This document shows positions 15,782 through 26,499 of a DNA stretch of 47,666 nt, one piece after another. A program made the translations under genes and the position numbers. The DNA lies in contig DXCG01000150.1 in the NCBI GenBank assembly GCA_019116145.1, forward strand, positions 1 through 47,666, given 5' to 3'. The notes below the pieces were generated by a model. It saw nothing but the letters and a program-made list of their open reading frames with translations, had not been told where the DNA came from and ran no database searches. Each line of letters begins with the position of its first letter. The first letter of the stretch is position 1. Source of the DNA: Candidatus Phocaeicola gallistercoris (GTDB lineage Bacteria; Bacteroidota; Bacteroidia; Bacteroidales; Bacteroidaceae).

Positions 15782-16898
15782 AATTACAATATATCTTTAA
15801 ACAATTTTCAATCATTCTCTCTTTTGTGAACAATTCGTTATACCTCCGATTTGCTCCGGCTACATATTTTTTATATGTTGCTTCATCAGCGGTAATGGTC
15901 TTTATGGCATCTGCCAAAGCTTGTGCATCTTCCGGAACCACATTGATTCCCGATACGCCATCGGCATTGACCCACGAAACGCCCGATTGTGGAATCTTCG
16001 TTGCCACCACCGGTTTCCCACACGACATGGCTTCTATTTGCACAATGCCAAAAGCTTCTGTCTTCTGTATGCTGCTCAAACAGAACACATCGCACGCACC
16101 ATAATAAGCAGGCAATTCATCATCGTCTATGCGACCTATCAATTTTACTTTTTCCTGCAATTCCAATTCTTCAATTTTCTCTTGTAACTTTTCCTTTAAT
16201 GTACCTGCACCTCCTATCAGTATGACATAATCGTTGCTTAAATATCGTGCCGCTTCTACCAAATAACGGTATCCTTTGTAAGGAACCAAACGCCCCAAAG
16301 AGAATACGATTTTCTTTCCCCGAAACGCCATCCGTATGCGTTCTACTTCTTTTGGATGGGGTTGCATAGGATTTACCCCTATGGGAAGACAAACCGTTTT
16401 ATCTTGCACCTGTTTCAATACCGGCGATTCTTTCAAATATACCGGAGTAGTTCCCACGATCAAATCGACACGTTTCAGCAGCCATCTTTGCAATGGACGA
16501 TAAAACTTTAACAATGTTTTTTGTTTTTGGATGTCGCTATGCCAATGCAAAATGACTCTTCCTTTATAACCGGAAAGGAATAAAGCCAGACATGCCATGG
16601 GATCGGGATGATGGATATGAATGAGATTGTACTTCTTACATTGTTTGCGCAAGGCGTATATCATGGCGGGAGAAATCATGGTAGCCGCAAGCTTTATCCA
16701 TGTGCGACAACATAAGACACGGGCATAATCGTTGATGGGGATGACTGTGTCTCCCCCATCGGATGCGGCACACATCATATCGCAATGCACTTGCTGTTCG
16801 GACAATCCGACCATTAAATCGTATGCCACTTTTTCCACTCCTCCGCGAATCGGATAAAACTTACCCAACTGCAAAACTCTCAGATTTTCTTTATCCAT
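15750..16898 (-). CDS. Glycosyltransferase family 4
   Basis: GGVEK, LGRLVPYKG, EAFGIVQIEAMSCGKPVV. Confidence 0.92.
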   Translation of the reverse strand: MDKENLRVLQLGKFYPIRGGVEKVAYDLMVGLSEQQVHCDMMCAASDGGDTVIPINDYARVLCCRTWIKLAATMISPAMIYALRKQCKKYNLIHIHHPDPMACLALFLSGYKGRVILHWHSDIQKQKTLLKFYRPLQRWLLKRVDLIVGTTPVYLKESPVLKQVQDKTVCLPIGVNPMQPHPKEVERIRMAFRGKKIVFSLGRLVPYKGYRYLVEAARYLSNDYVILIGGAGTLKEKLQEKIEELELQEKVKLIGRIDDDELPAYYGACDVFCLSSIQKTEAFGIVQIEAMSCGKPVVATKIPQSGVSWVNADGVSGINVVPEDAQALADAIKTITADEATYKKYVAGANRRYNELFTKERMIENCLKIYCNYERGKHECFS

Positions 16899-16905
16899 GG
16901 TAAAC

Positions 16906-18138
16906 CTATTTTTGCTTTAACTCATTATACAAAGTCAAGTAATCGATATACCGGTCTTCTTTCCTAAAATGATTCAAAGCATACGAACGGCACAACTCCT
17001 GATAATATGATTTTCCCCGCTCTCTGATACGCCGTGCAGCCTCCAATAACCCACGGACATTCCCTTGTCCTACCACAATGCCGGTATCGGAGGTAATTGC
17101 TTCAATGCTTCCCCCTGTACGATAGGTCACAACAGGCGTACCGCAAGCTATGGCTTCCATATTGACCGTAGGATAATTGTCTTGCCATGTAGGATTGATA
17201 AACACTTCGGCAGTAGAATACCACTCGGCCAACTGATGTATATTTTCTGTACGCGAAATGCCGACAATATTTCCCGGAAGTTTTTTCCGGTCGCCGGGCT
17301 TGATACCGATAAGTACAATCACTTCATTGCCATGCAACATATTGGCCATCCGGATAAAATCGTCGAGACCTTTCTCTTTGCTCCAGATACTTGCTACACC
17401 CAACAGGATATGTTTGCCGTCCAAACGATATTTATCGACCAATTCCTGAGAAGCACCTATATTGAAAACATTGGTATCGATACCATTGTGAATAACACGA
17501 AAACGGTATGATTTCAAAAACGATTGTTGCATTTCCTCTTTTATCCAATTAGAAACCGGCACAATGGTCAACTTATCTTCGGGCATGGAGGTAAATGCCG
17601 CTTCTTTATCCCGATAATTTTTTTGGCTTCTATCGAATAAATAACTTGCCGGGAACGCGGTTTTCTGCGGACAATGCCCACACCCGGATTGCCACTTATT
17701 GCACTTCACATACGAATAATAATAACAGTGCCCGGTATAAAGCCAACAATCGTGTACAGTCCAAACGACCGGTATGCCACAAGCAGACAGATACTTGAAC
17801 AATATCTGATAATTCAGAAAATAGCCATGAATGTTATGGATATGAATAATGTCCGGCTGAATTTTTTCTATTTGCCGAATCAGTTGCCGTGTCGGGGTAG
17901 CGGAAGCTAATCCGTGGCGATCGAACAAACGGGTTTGCAAACCATGCCACCACGTATCGCACACATTTCCTACAGGGATAACCTGCGAAGCACACTCACG
18001 TATACCGTCGCGCCCCTTGCTATAGGCTATATAACTTTTCCAGCCGTGTTGCATCGCCAAATCGCCAACTTCTTGCATAATGCGCCCTGTCGATGTCGAT
18101 ACCCGTAACACGGGGTTTATCTGTAATAATGTACTCAT
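16906..18138 (-). CDS. Glycosyltransferase family 4 (WcaC-like)
   Basis: STGRI, HIHNIHG, WTVHDCW.YTGHC, DNYPTVNMEAIACGTPV; probable start MSTLLQ at 18138. Confidence 0.9.
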   Translation of the reverse strand: MSTLLQINPVLRVSTSTGRIMQEVGDLAMQHGWKSYIAYSKGRDGIRECASQVIPVGNVCDTWWHGLQTRLFDRHGLASATPTRQLIRQIEKIQPDIIHIHNIHGYFLNYQILFKYLSACGIPVVWTVHDCWLYTGHCYYYSYVKCNKWQSGCGHCPQKTAFPASYLFDRSQKNYRDKEAAFTSMPEDKLTIVPVSNWIKEEMQQSFLKSYRFRVIHNGIDTNVFNIGASQELVDKYRLDGKHILLGVASIWSKEKGLDDFIRMANMLHGNEVIVLIGIKPGDRKKLPGNIVGISRTENIHQLAEWYSTAEVFINPTWQDNYPTVNMEAIACGTPVVTYRTGGSIEAITSDTGIVVGQGNVRGLLEAARRIRERGKSYYQELCRSYALNHFRKEDRYIDYLTLYNELKQK

Positions 18139-19274
18139 TGTTTCATCAACGAAGTGAACAAATTCACCCACTGTTTCATTACAGCTTCTTCGAAATAAGT
18201 CTCAATCACTTGTTTTGCCTGCTCCGACATTTGCCTGCGCAAATCTCCATCCCCCATCAGTTTCATCATTGCTTCGGCAAGCCCTTGTATATCGCCGTTG
18301 CTTACTAATAAGCCGTTCACCCCATGCCCGATAATATCTTTAGGTCCACACTTAAAATCGAATGAGACCACAGGAAGTCCACACGCCATAGCTTCAATCA
18401 TAACCATAGGGAAACCCTCGTAATTGGAACTCATAACCAAAAATGAGCTGCTTGCATATTCCTTTCCGATATGTCGAGTCGGAACATGGATGTGCATACT
18501 GTCTTGCAAATTTTTCTCCTTTATCATCTGCAAAAGCATATCACGCCATTCTCCTTGTCCAAAGACATCAAGTTGCCAATCGCTATATTTATCATTCATC
18601 TTGACAATTTCCCAAGCCTGAATCAACCGGTCGAAACCTTTCTGATAATCCAACCGTCCAACGGCTATCACCCTATGCCTTGAAACATCCGAATAAGCAT
18701 CGCCTACATGCATGGCTGCATTGGGTATCACTTCTATATTGGGTAAAGCCCCCCAGTATGTACTATCTTCATTCGTAAGCACTATAAACTTATCGAACTT
18801 ACGCACTATCCGCTCATCTTGTTTGGTGCGCCAACGGTCTATCCATCCCAACAATCCGCCACGACCATACTGCAAACGGAAAAATTTGCAATAATGCAAT
18901 TCCAGCACCTTCTTGCTCTCATCTTTTATGCTTGGTATAAAAGACGATTCCGACGGGTAAAGCGAAACAACAATATCCGCCTTTTCCCTCATCAATAACT
19001 CCGTAAGTCGTTTTCTGTGTTTACGTCTTTTGAGTAAATACCCTATTATCTTACCTACAGGACGCTTACTATTATCATCCGAATAGTTAATACCTAAGTC
19101 TGTCATCCTCACCTCTTCGGGCAACGGATAAAACGTAGGTCTTTCTTTCTGGTCTGTCGTCACAATCGAGACATCCCAATGCAATTTCTTGACCAGATAA
19201 GTCACCTTGTTGACCAACACCCGCTCCATCCCTCCGGGATTGCAAAGAGAATGCGTACAATAGATGAGTTTCAT
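18135..19274 (-). CDS. Glycosyltransferase family 4 (AmsD-like)
   Basis: GGMERV, VGRLDYQKGFD, EGFPMVMIEAMACGLPVV. Confidence 0.92.
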   Translation of the reverse strand: MKLIYCTHSLCNPGGMERVLVNKVTYLVKKLHWDVSIVTTDQKERPTFYPLPEEVRMTDLGINYSDDNSKRPVGKIIGYLLKRRKHRKRLTELLMREKADIVVSLYPSESSFIPSIKDESKKVLELHYCKFFRLQYGRGGLLGWIDRWRTKQDERIVRKFDKFIVLTNEDSTYWGALPNIEVIPNAAMHVGDAYSDVSRHRVIAVGRLDYQKGFDRLIQAWEIVKMNDKYSDWQLDVFGQGEWRDMLLQMIKEKNLQDSMHIHVPTRHIGKEYASSSFLVMSSNYEGFPMVMIEAMACGLPVVSFDFKCGPKDIIGHGVNGLLVSNGDIQGLAEAMMKLMGDGDLRRQMSEQAKQVIETYFEEAVMKQWVNLFTSLMKQ

Positions 19275-19288
19275 GAAGATATATAGTT

Positions 19289-20581
19289 CTAAACTTTATT
19301 CAAAACTACCCGCTCCTCAAAAGCATCATTTTCCTCAGGACTTATACAAAGAAATGGTGCAAAAACAAGAAATATATCGGTAGAGACTTTCAACCAAACT
19401 AAAAAATTAAGAGCTACAAGCATCAAGAACATAAAACGATAGGCATGAAAATGCTTTATGCAAACCTGACATACTTTCAGCATGAAGATAGAAAAAGCTC
19501 CCAAACCTAATATGCCAAAATAGAAAAGGAACCGAGAATACCCCACATCAGAACCTTTATAAAAGCCTCCCCAATCTACTCCTGTATAATATGGATCATT
19601 AAAAGTACTACCAAAATATCCATCACCAATAAGCCATGTCTTAGGATTATCCGGAAAAATATACCCTTCTTTAAGCATCTCATTAGAATGTACCTCCCAA
19701 CGTCCTTTCTCTACCAGACTAAAAAATCCTTCAAATCCGAAACGCAAGTTCTCGTATAACGCAGGCACATTGTTGTAAAGATAAACAAACACCGGCACAG
19801 CAATCATCAGTATACCCACCCCCCAAGACCAGACATAACTTCTATCTTCCTTAGACATAAAAAAGATAGAACCAATTATAAAGTAGGCTATTGCTATCAA
19901 CATTCCTACTGTTGTCGTGCGCCCGATCATGTTTCCTATCACGGCAATTATGACAAAAGCCAGCATGTATAAAAACAAATATTTCTTAATATTCTTAATA
20001 TAGTTGACGCACAGAAATGAAATCATCACAAGAATAGCAGAAAAACGAGAACCGGCAATATCCAGCCCTGCCCCCAAACCAGACAACCGATTTTTCTTTT
20101 CTAAGAATTCTTCTACGCCCTCTTCTTGTATAGAATATATAAACTGCTGTACTGATTCATTCAAATCCATTGTTAATGCCAAAATACATTGAGCAGCACA
20201 CAATACAATCAAATAATTACATAACAGATATACAGAAACTGTCCCATGCACATATCTAATCAAAGAAACAACAACATAAGCAGCACTGACCCACACCCAC
20301 ATGGACACAATGTATGACGCATAAGCATAATCTGCCGTATTATTATAAACCACAGAAAACAAGCCTGCCAGCGAAACAAAAGCCGCAAATAGAGATACAA
20401 AGAAAAAATCCTTATTAATCTGTGTGTTCCTATTTCTCGCAAGCTGCACAGCCAAGATAACCAAACCCAATGCAGCCATCCCCATCTTCGTGTTTACGGT
20501 AGGCAAGAATCGAAAGTTGAAAGGGAAGAAATAGAAACTAGTTATGATTATAGTAAAAACTATTAATATATATTTTTTCAT
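19289..20581 (-). CDS. wzy: Probable polysaccharide polymerase
   Basis: Multi-TM 430-aa protein with GRTT motif, large loop and SDVGY..FLFYFGILG motif; position within a wzx-containing locus. Confidence 0.72.
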   Translation of the reverse strand: MKKYILIVFTIIITSFYFFPFNFRFLPTVNTKMGMAALGLVILAVQLARNRNTQINKDFFFVSLFAAFVSLAGLFSVVYNNTADYAYASYIVSMWVWVSAAYVVVSLIRYVHGTVSVYLLCNYLIVLCAAQCILALTMDLNESVQQFIYSIQEEGVEEFLEKKNRLSGLGAGLDIAGSRFSAILVMISFLCVNYIKNIKKYLFLYMLAFVIIAVIGNMIGRTTTVGMLIAIAYFIIGSIFFMSKEDRSYVWSWGVGILMIAVPVFVYLYNNVPALYENLRFGFEGFFSLVEKGRWEVHSNEMLKEGYIFPDNPKTWLIGDGYFGSTFNDPYYTGVDWGGFYKGSDVGYSRFLFYFGILGLGAFSIFMLKVCQVCIKHFHAYRFMFLMLVALNFLVWLKVSTDIFLVFAPFLCISPEENDAFEERVVLNKV

Positions 20582-20584
20582 CTG

Positions 20585-21559
20585 TTATCTGAAGATTAAT
20601 CCATAAATAAACTTATGGACAAATTTATAATAGAAACTGATCAACCAATATTGTCCATTCGCTGCCAACTGTTGCAAAATGCGTCTACGCACGCTAACAT
20701 TTTTATTTCGTGAGATATAAACATTCGCTTCCGGATACCATGACTTCCACAATTCATGTCTTCGGGAATCATCGCTGATCAGAAAAGGATATTTCACATC
20801 CAGCTTAAAGAACTCCATTTCTGTCCTCAGCCTGTCTCCATATCTGGCTTCCAGAAAACACAAAGTGTCTTGTACGTTATGCCTTAATTCCACCAAATGC
20901 TTATCAGAATAAGTGTTTGAAAAGGCCAAAGCATTTAGTTTCACATAATGATAGAAAGCTTTTGGTAAATATGCCACTGTTTTCGCACATGCAAAAAGTT
21001 TTATCATAGTCATATCCTCACCCATCCCATAACCGGTAGGAAAAGATATGGCATTGACCGTATAAAGCTCACGCCGTACCAGCTTATTCCATACATTATA
21101 CTTCATCACACCGCTTAACATACCTTTCAACGCACCCATCGCGGAATCATAATGAGGTTGTTTCATGTAACGTTCATTCTTCTCAAAAGAAAGGAACCAG
21201 TCACACCAGACAATGTCTGCATTCTCACTTTCAGCCTTTTCATAAAGACCTTCCAACATGTCAGCCTCAACAAAATCATCACTATCACAATGAAAGACAT
21301 ATTCTCCTTTAGCCACAGCCAATCCCGTATTCCGTGCGGCGGGCAAGCCCTTGTTGACCTCATGCACAATAAATGTGACCAGCCTGTCGGGATAATCTTC
21401 TGCAACTTGTTTCGCAATAGATATGCTATTATCGGGCGAACAATCGTCCACCACTATAAACTCCACATCCTGCAGTGTCTGCTCCATTAACGAACGCATA
21501 CACCGTCCGATGAAAGACTCCACCTTATAGACAGGAACGATAACTGAAACTTTTATCAT
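20585..21559 (-). CDS. Glycosyltransferase family 2
   Basis: VSVIVPVYK, VDDCSPD, GLPAARN, CDSDD, GED. Confidence 0.93.
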   Translation of the reverse strand: MIKVSVIVPVYKVESFIGRCMRSLMEQTLQDVEFIVVDDCSPDNSISIAKQVAEDYPDRLVTFIVHEVNKGLPAARNTGLAVAKGEYVFHCDSDDFVEADMLEGLYEKAESENADIVWCDWFLSFEKNERYMKQPHYDSAMGALKGMLSGVMKYNVWNKLVRRELYTVNAISFPTGYGMGEDMTMIKLFACAKTVAYLPKAFYHYVKLNALAFSNTYSDKHLVELRHNVQDTLCFLEARYGDRLRTEMEFFKLDVKYPFLISDDSRRHELWKSWYPEANVYISRNKNVSVRRRILQQLAANGQYWLISFYYKFVHKFIYGLIFR

Positions 21560-22407
21560 TTGATACGCTTCAAGACTTCTTGAACAACTTCCATGTTATT
21601 TGAGGCAAACTTACGGGCAAACCAACGTGAAGAGTTTATCATATCATCCACCTCCCGTAAGACTAATGGCTGTAAAGCGCCGTTTCTCCATTTGATATAT
21701 CGTTCGCAGCCTTCAAACTCATCCTCCGAATCATAAATTCGGTCTTTAAAATCCGAATTCCAACACAATGTCTGTATAAACAATTCATCCGGACAATAAG
21801 TATGGCTGAAAATTTTCCGAATCAAGTCCTCGTTCTGCAACAAATAACCGACCAAATCATGTGTAATGCTACACCATTGTGAACCTTTCTTAACTTGTAA
21901 GGAAGTTCTTCGATACCGCACAAGGCTTTGCAGCCGTGCAAACACCGCCCTTACTACTTTTTTAAATAAGTTTTTTGATTGGAAATCACGGGCGAAGATA
22001 AACCAATGTTGTGAACGCCAATCCAATTCCTTCTGTGTAGCATGTTGAGCAAATCCAATAAATTCCTTTCCTTGATGTCTCTCACAAAAATCATGTATAT
22101 AATCTTGCGACTTTATGGGCAGATCCACTCCCGACAGCAAGTGATAATAAGAATACGACCCGTTTGAATACGCCTCTTTTAAAAGCAACAATTCAATTTC
22201 AACCAAACTGAAATCGCCCCAACATGCATCTATATGGACAGGCAATATATACAAACGACTTTTTACTGCCTTCAGATTCGTAAAATCAAAAGAAGCTTTC
22301 TTGTCTATATGCAGGTATATATCATTACGTTCATCATCCAACAAAGAAAGAAGAATCCGCAAGATTTCCGGCTCATTATGAGCTATAATCAGATATGCGT
22401 GTCTCAT
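21556..22407 (-). CDS. Core-2/I-branching (GT14-like) glycosyltransferase
   Basis: HAYLIIAHN, HIDKK, WGDFSLV, HLLSGVDLP, KGSQWCS, PDELFIQT, FARKF. Confidence 0.88.
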   Translation of the reverse strand: MRHAYLIIAHNEPEILRILLSLLDDERNDIYLHIDKKASFDFTNLKAVKSRLYILPVHIDACWGDFSLVEIELLLLKEAYSNGSYSYYHLLSGVDLPIKSQDYIHDFCERHQGKEFIGFAQHATQKELDWRSQHWFIFARDFQSKNLFKKVVRAVFARLQSLVRYRRTSLQVKKGSQWCSITHDLVGYLLQNEDLIRKIFSHTYCPDELFIQTLCWNSDFKDRIYDSEDEFEGCERYIKWRNGALQPLVLREVDDMINSSRWFARKFASNNMEVVQEVLKRIK

Positions 22408-23324
22408 CAGCTTTCAATATATGTTCCAAGCAAAACTTTCAATTTATCTGCAGCTTTCGGATTCTTATTGTTCAGTGAATGCACCGATGTTGTTCCCAGA
22501 ATCTCTTTAACATTCAAATAAGGATATTCTCCACTAATAACCTGACGCAACATGTGTGGCACACAGTCATTATAAATCGGACAATTCAGCTCCTTATTCT
22601 TTTCAATGTAAAGATCAAACAATATCATGAAGAAGAAATAATCGGGTGCCTTGTCATGACTTTTCCAGAAAGCACACAACATGGCTGTAATATCTGAAAT
22701 CACTCTACTCCCTGCTTTTGCATACATGATTCCTATCAATATCCTCACCCGGAAGTTTTTGTCCCATCCCCAATAATATGCGAATGTGTTCTCCCAATAT
22801 TTCTTATGAGGCTCTGACGGATCACGTTGGTAAACAAAAAAGTCATACTTAAACAGCATATCTGGCAATTTCCCAGTCAACAAAGTGCAGGCATCCAGCC
22901 ATAGTCCACCATAAGTTGTCAGCAACATACATCTCAATATATCAGAGAAATGTGCTACAGATATTTGCCCACTCTCCCTACGTTTTTCCAGCCAATCAGG
23001 TATTTCAACATAATCAGCCAGATTATCATCAGACAAACGGATTATCTGGTAATCAGGCGCGGCATATTTGTCCACCGAGTCCATGCATATACGAACTAAA
23101 GGCGGCACATTCTCCATCCCTTGCGCCCAATATTGCCATATGGTATCTTTCGGCAAATCAACTAACGGCTTAATAATCGGCTTTTCCAGTCTACCTGAGA
23201 CACAATCTTCAACCAATCCCTTTAACTTTAACGCCACCCTTCGGTGCTTTGCCATTATAATTTTTTTCCGGATGAAAGAGTGTAATTGATTAGGGACACA
23301 TCTTTTAATTACCTTTTTAAGCAT
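22407..23324 (-). CDS. Capsular polysaccharide synthesis protein (GT32-like, DxD class)
   Basis: IWQYWAQG, HFSDILR, YGGLWLDA, DYF. Confidence 0.88.
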   Translation of the reverse strand: MLKKVIKRCVPNQLHSFIRKKIIMAKHRRVALKLKGLVEDCVSGRLEKPIIKPLVDLPKDTIWQYWAQGMENVPPLVRICMDSVDKYAAPDYQIIRLSDDNLADYVEIPDWLEKRRESGQISVAHFSDILRCMLLTTYGGLWLDACTLLTGKLPDMLFKYDFFVYQRDPSEPHKKYWENTFAYYWGWDKNFRVRILIGIMYAKAGSRVISDITAMLCAFWKSHDKAPDYFFFMILFDLYIEKNKELNCPIYNDCVPHMLRQVISGEYPYLNVKEILGTTSVHSLNNKNPKAADKLKVLLGTYIES

Positions 23325-23349
23325 ATTGCCAATAAAATTCCATCACTGA

Positions 23350-24459
23350 TTAAAATCCTATATTTCCTTTTATAAAAGTCAACCCTTTTTCTTGAAAGCA
23401 CGAAATATCGTCCTCAAGTTTTGAATAATCTATTTCTTTATTCATCATTTTAAACATTTCTATATCTGATATTATTCTGTTTTCCAGTCCTATCACTTCA
23501 TGTAAAGTCTTTATACGCGTATCTTTCTTGTCATTTACTGCGTAATTGATGAAATTTTTACGATATATAACTGAAAACATATTTCCATGGAATGTATTTG
23601 TCACAATAAATGAAGCATGATGAAATAGCCATAAAAATTGCTGAGGCGATACGTCCGTCAAACTATACTTTATTCCTTTATGGAAAAGAGCCCGCAGGGT
23701 GTAATCTGTAGATATATGCACCAAAGGGAGTTGCAAACATTGAGCAACTTTCTGAGCAAAACTTAAAATGTCCTTATGTTCCCACAAGCTATAAACCAAC
23801 AAATAATTTTTAGGAAGCTTACTATATTCAACTTCTATTTCTGACCATCTTTCTGCAGGCAACAACAAGGTAGGATCTGGATTTATTGTAGACTCAAATC
23901 CAAATTCTTCCTTTATATAATCTTGCATGAACTTTTCCCTTACACCTATTGATTTGAATTTTTCCAGATAACCTTGAATTCTTTCATGACATCCTTCTCC
24001 AAATGGATGAGAACCAGAACTGGCAGCATAAGAAAACCGACAAGCTGTATTTCCAAAATCTAAAAAATAAATGGGATCATTTTCGCCTGTTGAAATAGGA
24101 TTCCATATTTGATCTGATCCACAAATAAGAATATCGTATTTATCACCCGGTATCTCAGAACGATTATAATATCTCTTTGATTTAGGTAATACATAATCAA
24201 TAAATTGTCTGAATTGTTTTTCACGTTCTTTTCCAAGACCTAATATCCCTCGAACAACAAGGTCCATGATATTCCATCTCGCCGTTTTATAAGGTGACCA
24301 GAATTTCCATTCATACATATCCGTCGTATGTGGATGCCTGAAATCAATGATTTCCGCATTCAAACCTAATCCTTGAAGTACTTGTACCAATGCATAAGCT
24401 TGTAATACAGACCCATAATTATGGGGGCTATGAAAGGTAACAACACCACAACGTCTCAT
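23350..24459 (-). CDS. Polysaccharide pyruvyl transferase family protein
   Basis: NYGSVLQAYAL, GSDQIWN, SYAAS, GVRE, DPTLL, TNTFHG. Confidence 0.9.
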   Translation of the reverse strand: MRRCGVVTFHSPHNYGSVLQAYALVQVLQGLGLNAEIIDFRHPHTTDMYEWKFWSPYKTARWNIMDLVVRGILGLGKEREKQFRQFIDYVLPKSKRYYNRSEIPGDKYDILICGSDQIWNPISTGENDPIYFLDFGNTACRFSYAASSGSHPFGEGCHERIQGYLEKFKSIGVREKFMQDYIKEEFGFESTINPDPTLLLPAERWSEIEVEYSKLPKNYLLVYSLWEHKDILSFAQKVAQCLQLPLVHISTDYTLRALFHKGIKYSLTDVSPQQFLWLFHHASFIVTNTFHGNMFSVIYRKNFINYAVNDKKDTRIKTLHEVIGLENRIISDIEMFKMMNKEIDYSKLEDDISCFQEKGLTFIKGNIGF

Positions 24460-24463
24460 TGTC

Positions 24464-25594
24464 TTATTCCCCTTTTAATAAAATTCTTGCGAATCTTCTG
24501 CCAATTTTGTCCATTTGACAAATCCTATATGAAAGGCTTATTCCTAAAAATGGATACAGATAATGAAACAATTTTATTCTCCAATCCTTAGACTTTGGAT
24601 TCCGTAATTGGTCATTTCCTAATATAGCCTCTTCAACAGGTCGCTCAAACAAATAAAATTCTGATGCTATCGCATTTATAAGTTCGGCACCTTTATCCGT
24701 AAGCGGCAATACAACGGAACAACCATTGGGATGGGACAAAGGAAGATCACCCTTCAATCCCCAGAAATCTCCAATTGTCACATCCGAGACCCTTTTACTA
24801 GCTGCATATTTACATTGATAACAACTTTCCCGATAAGAAAATCCATCAAAAAAAGCATTATAATAAATGTCCTTATAACGTTCATCAAATAATGAATTCT
24901 TATATAATTCTTCTTTTCCACGTAACAATAAAAACAAATAATCATCTCCTTTACGGAAATATACTTCATCTGGCATTTTTCCGCCTGTTACTTTCTTTAT
25001 ATGTTTTTGCAAAAAAGCAAGAGAAGGAACTCCATGACAAATTAAATCAACAGCATACAAATTCTGAATTTCATCTTTCCTTAAAAAGCTCTTTACCCCA
25101 GCGACTTGACAAGGCGTTCCTATAAATAAAACTTTCTTCCCTTCTTTTAAATCTTCTTTCAATGATTGATAACACTCTCTCATATCGCTCTGTACATATT
25201 TAGAGCCTTTCAATTTATAAATGCCATCTTCCCTATCAATTCTGACATGCTTCACTTTTAGCCCCGGAAGCATAGCACAACCATACACTACTCCACCTTC
25301 TCTAATAATATGACATGAAAAAGCAGAAGCAGCTCCGCCAGAAGTACTGCTTTCATACTCTTCTTTATTCTTATCCCAACCGGCATAAGCTTTCTTGGGA
25401 TATTCTTTCTTGATTTCATGTAAAGCCGGACAGACTTTCTGGCAAGCACCGCAATCTATACAAGAATCCTGATCAATAACCGGATATAAATGCCCCAAGC
25501 CATTTTTGACTTGCATAGTAATACACTGTTGTGGACATCGGTCTACACAAGTCGCACAGCCTGTACAAATATTAAAATCACAAACTTGCTTCAT
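24464..25594 (-). CDS. Ferredoxin + F420 hydrogenase/dehydrogenase beta-subunit-like protein
   Basis: Two CxxCxxCxxxCP motifs, SSTSGG, GSKYVQS, GTPCQ, DLICHGVPS, SCYQC, DVTIGDFWG. Confidence 0.9.
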   Translation of the reverse strand: MKQVCDFNICTGCATCVDRCPQQCITMQVKNGLGHLYPVIDQDSCIDCGACQKVCPALHEIKKEYPKKAYAGWDKNKEEYESSTSGGAASAFSCHIIREGGVVYGCAMLPGLKVKHVRIDREDGIYKLKGSKYVQSDMRECYQSLKEDLKEGKKVLFIGTPCQVAGVKSFLRKDEIQNLYAVDLICHGVPSLAFLQKHIKKVTGGKMPDEVYFRKGDDYLFLLLRGKEELYKNSLFDERYKDIYYNAFFDGFSYRESCYQCKYAASKRVSDVTIGDFWGLKGDLPLSHPNGCSVVLPLTDKGAELINAIASEFYLFERPVEEAILGNDQLRNPKSKDWRIKLFHYLYPFLGISLSYRICQMDKIGRRFARILLKGE

Positions 25595-26451
25595 GATTGA
25601 TTTTCATCCGCTTTATAATGTTCTCTCAATCGATCAACTATTGTCAAATCTGAAGCACTGAATTTACGGGCAAACAAACAATCAGAACCTACCAACTTCT
25701 CATAATCGACCGAATTATAAACAATTGGACCAGTACGGAAAAAATCGCATTTCAATAGTTTATCGTAATCATAAATCTGATTCTTTAATGAAGAATCATA
25801 CAATTCAGAAAACACAAAAAACTCATCACCACAGAACGTATATCTATATTTACGAAGCACTTCCCGCTTTACAGAAAGCATATAAGCAACAGCTTCTTCC
25901 GTCAAGCTACACCACTGACTTGATTTCTTAAAAACATATTGTTTGTTTCTCCTATATCCACAAATATACTGCATGCGTAAAAAACATTTCCATGTAAACT
26001 GACTTAATTTACGCATAAATTGGTTTTCACTGTTATATGATTTAACACAAACACTTATCCTTTTCAGTTTCAAATCTACCTCAGATTCTCCTTGTTCCAT
26101 CTTCTGCAATACAATTCTATTTGCAACAGAATCGAAGAAACGATGTAAAGAATCTTGAGATTTCAAAGGGAAATGTGTTCCACTAATCAAATGATAATAA
26201 GTATACTTTCCTTGCTTATATGACTCTTGCCAAAGTACATATTCTGCTTTCAGTTGTGATACATCTCCCCAATGAACGTTTATTCGCTTTTTACATATAA
26301 ATAAATTACTATATTTTACCTTCAATTGAGGAAGTGATTTTACTTTCTTATCAAAATGTATATATATATCGTTTCGAGGATCATCCAATGCTTCAATTAG
26401 CTTCTGAAGCACTTCAAATTCGTTGTGAGCTATTATTAAATAAGCATGCAT
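25591..26451 (-). CDS. Second core-2/I-branching (GT14-like) glycosyltransferase
   Basis: HAYLIIAHN, HFDKK, WGDVSQL, HLISG, SQWCS, DEFF, FARKF. Confidence 0.87.
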   Translation of the reverse strand: MHAYLIIAHNEFEVLQKLIEALDDPRNDIYIHFDKKVKSLPQLKVKYSNLFICKKRINVHWGDVSQLKAEYVLWQESYKQGKYTYYHLISGTHFPLKSQDSLHRFFDSVANRIVLQKMEQGESEVDLKLKRISVCVKSYNSENQFMRKLSQFTWKCFLRMQYICGYRRNKQYVFKKSSQWCSLTEEAVAYMLSVKREVLRKYRYTFCGDEFFVFSELYDSSLKNQIYDYDKLLKCDFFRTGPIVYNSVDYEKLVGSDCLFARKFSASDLTIVDRLREHYKADENQS

Positions 26452-26499
26452 ACGGACAAATTATAATACTCGCATCAGTTATGCTTTGATTTGCGAATT

